This document shows, in pieces, positions 56,979 through 64,000 of a stretch of 64,000 nt of DNA. Made by a program: the position numbers and the translations under genes. The notes below the pieces were generated by a model that saw nothing but the letters and a program-made list of their open reading frames with translations, was not told the DNA's origin and made no database searches. This DNA is from Eledone cirrhosa (taxonomy: Eukaryota). Positions within the stretch are counted from its first letter, which is position 1. Each line of letters opens with the position of its first letter. The stretch is taken from the NCBI GenBank assembly GCA_964016885.1, contig OZ024745.1, positions 40,982,001-41,046,000 of the forward strand, in the 5' to 3' direction.

Positions 56979-57250
56979 TATATAAGTTGTAATAGAATGA
57001 AAACGAAATTTCATTTCTCACTTTTCGTACGGCACATATATGTATGTACGTATACATACATACTTACATTTAAGTAAGTGCCGTACTAAGAGTGAGAAAT
57101 GAAATTTCGTTTTCATTCTATTACAACTTATCGTTTTCGGTGCGCCTGGCCGACTGAACTCACTCGATATGCAAATTAGGCTGCTCAGCCGTTAATTTTC
57201 ATAAGGAAAGTATATACTTTCGAACGTTCAACCATCTGGCAGAAGGGTAT

Positions 57251-57293
57251 ACGGTGCTGATGATAGCTAAGAAGTTTGAAACTAGTACATCGT
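57251..57293 (+). ncRNA. Type I minimal hammerhead ribozyme
   Basis: ACGGTG CTGATGA T AGCT AAGA AGTT T GAAA CTAGTA CATCGT. A G:U pair keeps stem II intact. Confidence 0.83.
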
Positions 57294-57431
57294 TCCTGTG
57301 TCAGTGTTGAACAAAAAGGTGACGTGGTTGCCTTAACACCGTACGGCATAAATTCAGGCTGTCCGCTTGTTTACAAACGGACAAAACGGGCGTTATAATA
57401 AACGTCCGCTAAACTGATACGTACATATATG

Positions 57432-57559
<128 letters not shown>

Positions 57560-57795
57560 TGCTACTGTACGTCTGTATACATATATGTATGTAAGTATAC
57601 ATACATACTTACATTTAAGTAAGTGCCGTACTAAGAGTGAGAAATGAAATTTCGTTTTCATTCTATTACAACTTATCGTTTTCGGTGCGCCTGGCCGACT
57701 GAACTCACTCGGTATGCAAATTAGGCTGCTGAGCCGTTAATTTTCATAAGGAAAGTATATACTTTCGAACGTTCAACCATCTGGCAGAAGGGTAT

Positions 57796-57838
57796 ACGGT
57801 GCTGATGATAGCTAAGAAGCTTGAAACTAGTACATCCT
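57796..57838 (+). ncRNA. Type I minimal hammerhead ribozyme
   Basis: ACGGTG CTGATGA TAGCTAAGAAGCTT GAAA CTAGTA CATCCT, with one stem I mismatch. Confidence 0.78.
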
Positions 57839-58379
57839 TCCTGTGTCAGTGTTGAACAAAAAGGTGACGTGGTTGCCTTAACACCGTACGGCATAAATTC
57901 AGGCTGTCCGCTTGTTTACAAACGGACAAAGCGGGCGTTATAATAAACGTCCGCTAAACTGATACGTACATATATGTATGTGTACCTGTATGTATATATA
58001 TATATATATATGCATGCTACTGTACGTCTGTATACATATATGTATGTTCGTATACATACATACTTACATATATATATATATATATACATATATATGTATA
58101 TATATTTATATATATATATAGATAGATAGATAAGTTTCTATTTATTTGCCACGAGGGCACACAAGAAGGGGACAAATACAAGGGGGGAGTTTACATAAAG
58201 GAACGAGTAAAAAAACAAATAACAAGTATAAAATTAACAATACAGTCCTCAATAAGTAATTAGGCGTTTTGGGGGTTACACACACCCCAAAAAAAGTGTG
58301 CAACCCTTTTCCTTAGGAGCACAGTAAGGGTGCTACTTTGCACTTCCGCCTTTCCACCTACAGGCTGATAAAAGAGAAG

Positions 58380-60945
58380 GCCCATTCACACGGGCCATTC
58401 TCGGTACTTTCACCCACCTTTCATAAAAATTGCTGAAGTAGAGCACCTCTCTCTCCAGTCTGATCCTTCTCTTAAAATGGCATTTAAAGAAAGGTGTCCG
58501 ACCTCAGCCCTTTCAAACGTGTCCACCATACCACCTCTTTCACCATGGCTATTACACAGAGGAAGACCGCCTCTCCTTCATTTTTGAAGGGGGGAGGCGG
58601 CTTGATCGTTACAATGGACTCACTGGTCAACCGGATTGGTCCCACCCGTGACAGCAGTCGTTCGACATAGCCCCACAGATCGGCAACGCCCGAGCAGTGT
58701 ACCAATGCGTGGGCAACGGTTTCCTCGTTGCGCACGCATCTGGGACAGATTTTTTTCGAGGGTTCCCTACCCAGGCGCCCGTGTCTGTAGATCTTTTCTC
58801 GAACGGGCAGCGCCCCTCGGTAGCACTGCCAGGCCAGGGACTTCTGGAAGTTGTCCATAGGTCCCGGGCCAAATGTCCTCCCGAATAGGCTGGCCAGTTC
58901 GTCTTCCTCCATGCCTAGGGCTTGTCCGAGGGCGTCGTCGCACCTACTAACCACCAGCCCTATGTAGAATGACGAGGTGGAGTCTCCACTGATAGCCGGT
59001 TCCGCCTGCCAGAGAGCCGTGAGCGCCTGGGCACACACGGTGTTTACGCATTAGCAGCCACGGCATACCCAGCCCTCCTTTCGAAGGGTATTGACAGCAG
59101 ATGGATCTCCTCACCAAAGGAGCCCGCTTCTTCCACCAAAGGAATTGGAAGAGTGCGTGCTCCATTTTGGTGAGCGTTTCCCTTGGACAAGGCACGACGG
59201 TCAGGCGGTAATAGATGACGGACGCTAGTTAAGCGTTCGCCACCTCCGTCCGACCTTTCAGGGATAGTTTGCACTCAGCCCACTTCTGCGTCAGCGCCAA
59301 CACCCTGTTCGCTACCTCACCCCAGTTCTTCTCCACCTGGAGGTCTGGCCCGAACCAGACCCCGAGCAACTTCACCGGGCCCTCCGTCCAACGTCCAATG
59401 ACGCCGTTGGAGGCTATCGGTTTGCCCCTCCACTTGTCCTGGTTCAGCTCAGCCCCTGCAAACTTTTCATATTCCTCCAGTAAGGTGCCGATCACTCTGA
59501 TTTCCGAGGCTGTTGACACCATTACTGTCAAGTCATCGGCGTAGGCCGACACCGCTTTCCGCAATCCCGGTTCTAAAGAGATGCCATGTAACAACTCCAA
59601 CTTCCGCAGCAGTGGCTCTAGGGCCAATACATACAGAAGGGAGGATAGAGGGAATCCCTGTCAGATGGACAGCGAGATTTCGAACGGCTCCGAGAGGTAG
59701 CCGTTCACCTTGACCCTAGAGCAGATGCGGCTGCTGTGCATGGCAGTGATCCAGACCCTGAAAACGGGGCGGAAACCTGCCGCCACTAGCACCACATCCA
59801 GTCAACGAGGGTCGACCCTATCGAACGCCTTAGATTGATCCAAGTTGATCAGGGCCCCACCAAAGCCGGGTTCGTTCGCAACCCTCTCTATGATGTATCG
59901 CATGAGATGGAGGTTGTCATGAATGGACCTTGATGGGATGGCGGATGTCTGCGCATCTCTCACCAGGTTGTCCACGACAAGCGCCAACCTCTTTTCTAAC
60001 ACCTTGGTCAAAATCTTTAACTCTGCATTTAGCAGTGTTATGGGCCTAAAATCACTTATTTCATCCCCCTTGTTCTCGTCCTTCCTCACTAGCGAGACTA
60101 CGCCCTTGGTCACAAACAGGGAATTCTCTCGTTCTGTTGCCTGTTGCCGCTTCGAGGAGATCGAAGAACAAGTCCGGTATACTTAAATACAGTTCGTATG
60201 GAAGACTATCGAGGCCCGGAGATTTGCGTCTGCCGCATTGGCTCAGCACGTCCCCTATTTCAGCAGCTGAGATCGGCCTCTAGCAGGACTTCGCCTCCTC
60301 GTCCGAAAGACGCGACAGGCCGTCGAGGTATGGACCGAGGTCCACATCCACATCCGGCCCCTCGTCCCTTCCGAACATCCGGGCAAAGTGCATTTGAAAG
60401 GCCTCGCACATCTGCTTCGATTCAAGGATCACCCTTCCATCCTGGTCTCAGAAAGATCGGATAGTGTATCTAGTCCCACTTTTGGCTTCTGTCACGCGGG
60501 CTCAGCTAACAGCTTTGGTCCCCTCGTTTCCCAGAGCACGTATTTTTCTTTGGACAACGCAGCCTTCGTGTTTCGCGTCGTGAACTGGCCCAAGGCCGTT
60601 CTCGACGCTAGCACTAGTGCCTCTACTACACTATCTACCAACTCCCTTTCCTTTCTATTTCTATCTGAGGCTAACTCCTTACTAACTCCTATTGAAGCTA
60701 CTCTAATGTCTCTTTTGAGAGAGCCCCACCACCTGCTGTTGACGATGGCGCCCGTCAACCGCTCATTAACTAATGTACTAATCCGGTTCCTGTAAGCTTT
60801 ACTTGCCGGTAAGGACAAGTTGAGCTTCCAGTAACCGGGTCCCTGTCTATGCGTTCTATCAAGGTTGACCATGGAGGTCACTAACTTGTGGTCTGAATAG
60901 CCAACCATGAGCATTTTTGGACAACTTAAAAAGTCCCTATCCTTA
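58380..60945 (-). pseudogene. LINE ORF2 remnant (APE endonuclease C-terminus, reverse transcriptase, CCHC zinc finger), broken by stops and frameshifts
   Basis: Motifs SDHKLV, GPGYWKLN, KSPGLDSLPYELY, FRPITLLNAELKILTK, LDQSKAFDRVD, ALEPLL, AYADD and CPRC...ETVAHALVHC. Confidence 0.92.
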
Positions 60946-60959
60946 TTTCTGTTTTGTGG

Positions 60960-62520
60960 AAGTGTAGGAGGATCAGTGTGTGGTGGGGTTGGGGTGTTTG
61001 GAGTTGTGTTGGTGTCTGGGGGGATTTTTTTAGGAGGACACGGTTAATGGGTCTGAGCAGGGGGGCCCCACGTCCTCTTTAAAAGTGTCTTTTAACGTTT
61101 TGTAAATGTCCATTAGGGCTTTTATCATTTTTAGATGGGGAAGCCCCGTTGCTTGTGCGAAATTCGAAATTCTTATAAATAAGGTTTAACAGTTTTTTGT
61201 TTATTGTATTTATGTAAGTATATGCAAATTTTTCTTTTTGCGTGATGTTTTTTGTTTGCTGTTGTTGTGTGTTTTTTTGTGTTGATGTCTGTGTTATGTC
61301 TTGGGGATGGGTTGTTTGTATTTGTGTTCCTGTGGTGTGTTTTCTTTTTTCTCTTTTAACTTTATGAAAGTGTCTGACGACGAAAGTGGATCGTCTTCCG
61401 TATTCGAGGGGAGGGGTTCTCTTTCGGCTCATGTTTGTGGTGTGGGTGTTATTGTATTTGTTTTCAGTGTGGGGGGATGGGGGATTGTTTTCAGTGTGGG
61501 GGGATGTGGGGGATTGTTTTCAGTTGGGTTTTAACTTGTGGTGTTAGTTGTTTTTGTGGTGGTGGAGGTGGTGGAAGTTGTGTTGGTAGTGTTGTAGTTG
61601 TTGGTGTGAGAAAAATCGGTGTTTTTTTGCTTGCTTGGGAACAGGCAGCCCTCAGGTGACCTCTGCCTCCACAGAGGTAACAGGCGGGTCGTCTACCCTC
61701 CACTGTGATGTGTAAGTAGGCAAGCCCATCCAGCAATATGCGGTCAGGGATCTTAGCAATTCGTTCTGGCTGCATTTGCACCAGAACTTGCAGGCTAGTT
61801 CCACCGAACACGTTGCTGGAAGACTTACCCACCGAAATTACTGCATCCTCTTTCAAGTCGAGGAGGCCACACACTACCGCCCAGAAATCAATATCTGGAT
61901 CGATACTGTGTATGGTCAATCTTTGTGTTTTTCTTCCCAAATAAGTGGGGAAGAAGGTAAATAAGGGGGACACAATTGAGGACAGGGAATGTTTTTCGGC
62001 CGTCAATTTCTCTTTCATTCGGATGGATAGACTACCGTAGAGTCTATCCTTCCGAATGAATACAATGTTTTTTCAGATGATCTTTTAAAGCCAGTTCAAT
62101 CTCTGTCTGTGTGAGTTGTACTGGCTTACGGGTTTTGTTTGATATTGCCGTATAAATAATAGTTTTTAAAGTATTTTCCTTTTTTATCTCTGGGGGAGAA
62201 TTTAAAGAAAATAGACCATCCTCCTCCAAAGTTATATACTTCCGTACATTTTCCATTTGTTGGCCCATGTTCGAAATGTCAATAAGTTCATACACAATAG
62301 TCTTTTTTATGCTTTGCGCGAACATTTGTCGAAATGTGGTTTTCTTGGTTTTTTGTTGTGTTTGTGTTATTTATGTTGGTGTATGCGTTCACATTTTTTC
62401 CCCGTTGTGGTTAGACTCCATTTTTTCAAAATGTTCACTTATATTTTCAGTATCCGAGAGACTTGTAGTCACAGCTACTACCTCTCTTTCACCTTTGCTG
62501 GTGGGAGTGGCACCGTGAAA
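60960..62520 (-). pseudogene. LINE ORF1 remnant (gag-like, zinc knuckle)
   Basis: CYLCGGRGHLRAAC (CX2CX4HX4C) followed by a P/T/K-rich tail. Split over ORFs 62044-62325, 61491-62018 and 61079-61432. Confidence 0.8.
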
Positions 62521-62542
62521 AGTCGAAACGGCTTTCATTAAT

Positions 62543-62726
62543 TGTTTCTACTTTAGGCACAAGGCCAGCAATTACCCAGTGCATTACTGGTACTTTATTT
62601 TATCGACCCCGTAAGGATGAAAGGCAAAGTCAACCTCGACTGGATTTGAACTCAGATCGTAAAGGGACGTAACTATGCTGGAAAGCATGACGTCCGACCC
62701 TCTACCGATACTGCCAATCCACCGCC
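62543..62726 (-). mobile_element. Full-length tRNA-derived SINE (184 bp) with a 19-bp TSD
   Basis: Starts GGCGGTGGATTGGCAGTATCGG (A-box), has GAGTTCAAATCC (B-box) and body GCCTTTCATCCTTACGGGGTCGATAAAATAAAGTACCAG. TSD CGAAACGGCTTTCATTAAT at 62524-62542 and 62727-62745. Confidence 0.93.
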
Positions 62727-62835
62727 CGAAACGGCTTTCATTAATGTTGGCAATTTCTCCGAGTCAATTTTTTTCACATTTTTTCATTAGGGTTTGGCTT
62801 AATTTTTTCAATGTTTCTAATAATCATTATTCTTT

Positions 62836-63000
62836 CGGTAGAGGGTCGGACGCCATGCTTTCCAGCATAGTTACGTCCCTTTACGATCTGAGTTCAAATC
62901 CCGCCGAGGTTGACTTTGCCTTTCATCCTTACGGGATCGATAAAATAAAGTACCAGTAATGCGCTGGATAATTGCTGGCCTTGTGCCTAAAGTAGAAACA
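62836..63000 (+). mobile_element. Slightly 5'-truncated SINE of the same family with a 10-bp TSD
   Basis: TSD ATTATTCTTT at 62826-62835 and 63001-63010. Confidence 0.92.
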
Positions 63001-64000
63001 ATTATTCTTTCAGTTGGGAGGCTTGTTGCCTCCGCTACCCGCTGGGCGTGTCATCGTTACATGTGGTAATGGCTTACATTACCACTAGCGTAGAGACAAT
63101 TACAAGATTTTTAGGATGAAAAATTTCACCCCAAAAGGGGTGAAATAAATTAACCCTAATGTCCGAAGACCCAGGCAAGGGTGTTAATTAACACAATAAC
63201 GCAAGAATACATACAAACACTTACTGTTAACACGTAATATCTCCAATACTCGAGGAGCCGATATGAAGAACGTCTATACCATCCATAGATAGATAGATAC
63301 ATACATATGTGTGTGTGTTTATGTGTGTGTGTGTGTAGTATGCATGTATATAATCTATATACCTACGTACGTACATAGAAATGTCTATATGTGGACGTAT
63401 ACATGCAAACTTAAAAAGATGTATGTTACAAGGAAATTTGATCCGCCACTATAATACTGTAATAAATAATCCCCGATGTATAACTACGAATAAACAACAT
63501 ACAATCTTCAATTTCACCATCTAAAAATAACAACACTACACATCATTGTAAGCTAGACGTAATAAACAAGATGATATCAAGAATAAAGATATTAGAATTG
63601 TTACAAAGTAAAACATGAGTAAAAAGCTTCATTGAACTGTCAATCTCTGGAGTAGGTGTTTTAAAATTTCCAGGCTATACAGCTAAATTGTTCGACTCTT
63701 AATCGTTGATTTAGTAATTGGATAAAATTAAACGTGATCGGGCAACATCCTTTCACCTTTGGAGGTCACTGGTCGTCAGTGACAAGAGACAGCAAAATTG
63801 ATATTCTTTGTAAAACAGAAGACAAACATCAAAACAATGTCGGAGGGCTAATACAATGGCACCTCTATTCTCAACATGAATATATAAACACACGCAAACA
63901 ATTTAAATATGGACATATATATATTTATATATACACACACAAACACATATATACCCCCCCTCTCTATCTCTCTCTCTCTCTCTCCCTCTAAATATATATA

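Larger units (their letters stand above)
58133..63284 (-). mobile_element. Decayed Tx1/L1-clade non-LTR retrotransposon with a 15-bp TSD
   Basis: TSD ATAGATAGATAGATA at 58118-58132 and 63285-63299, AATAAA on the minus strand at 58141-58146, and ORF1/ORF2 remnants. Absent from duplication copy 1. Confidence 0.88.

Noticed and set aside
63060-63150. Hairpins plus CTAG as a Helitron 3' end
   Set aside because: They lie inside the LINE's TSD-defined 5' region, and the hairpin-to-CTAG spacing does not fit a Helitron end.

Overview
Repeat-dominated eukaryotic DNA with no intact host gene visible. The SINE family and the abundant (TA)n/(CA)n tracts suggest an octopus or other cephalopod, which is an inference. 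(1) 2468-37261 is a ~35-kb satellite of ~20-bp units (TTTTTTATTTGGGTGCCCCG and TTTTTTTATGGGGGGTCCG) with nested higher-order duplications, bracketed by a ~0.9-kb direct repeat. All its ORFs are artefacts. (2) 38.2-46 kb is AT-rich DNA with decayed SINEs. (3) 46-64 kb is a diverged segmental duplication whose microsatellites received several insertions. The main discovery is a family of ~430-545-bp tandem units, each carrying a type I minimal hammerhead ribozyme (9 copies, 3 subfamilies), an octamer motif and a TATA-like palindrome. They are inserted into (TA)n in four head-to-head blocks, consistent with a retrozyme or Penelope-like circular-RNA system copied by rolling-circle, twin-primed reverse transcription. 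Also present are a second, decayed hammerhead family, a decayed Tx1/L1-like LINE with a 15-bp (GATA)n TSD, tRNA-derived SINEs with TSDs, an RTE fragment and several long hairpins. All alignments were made by eye.
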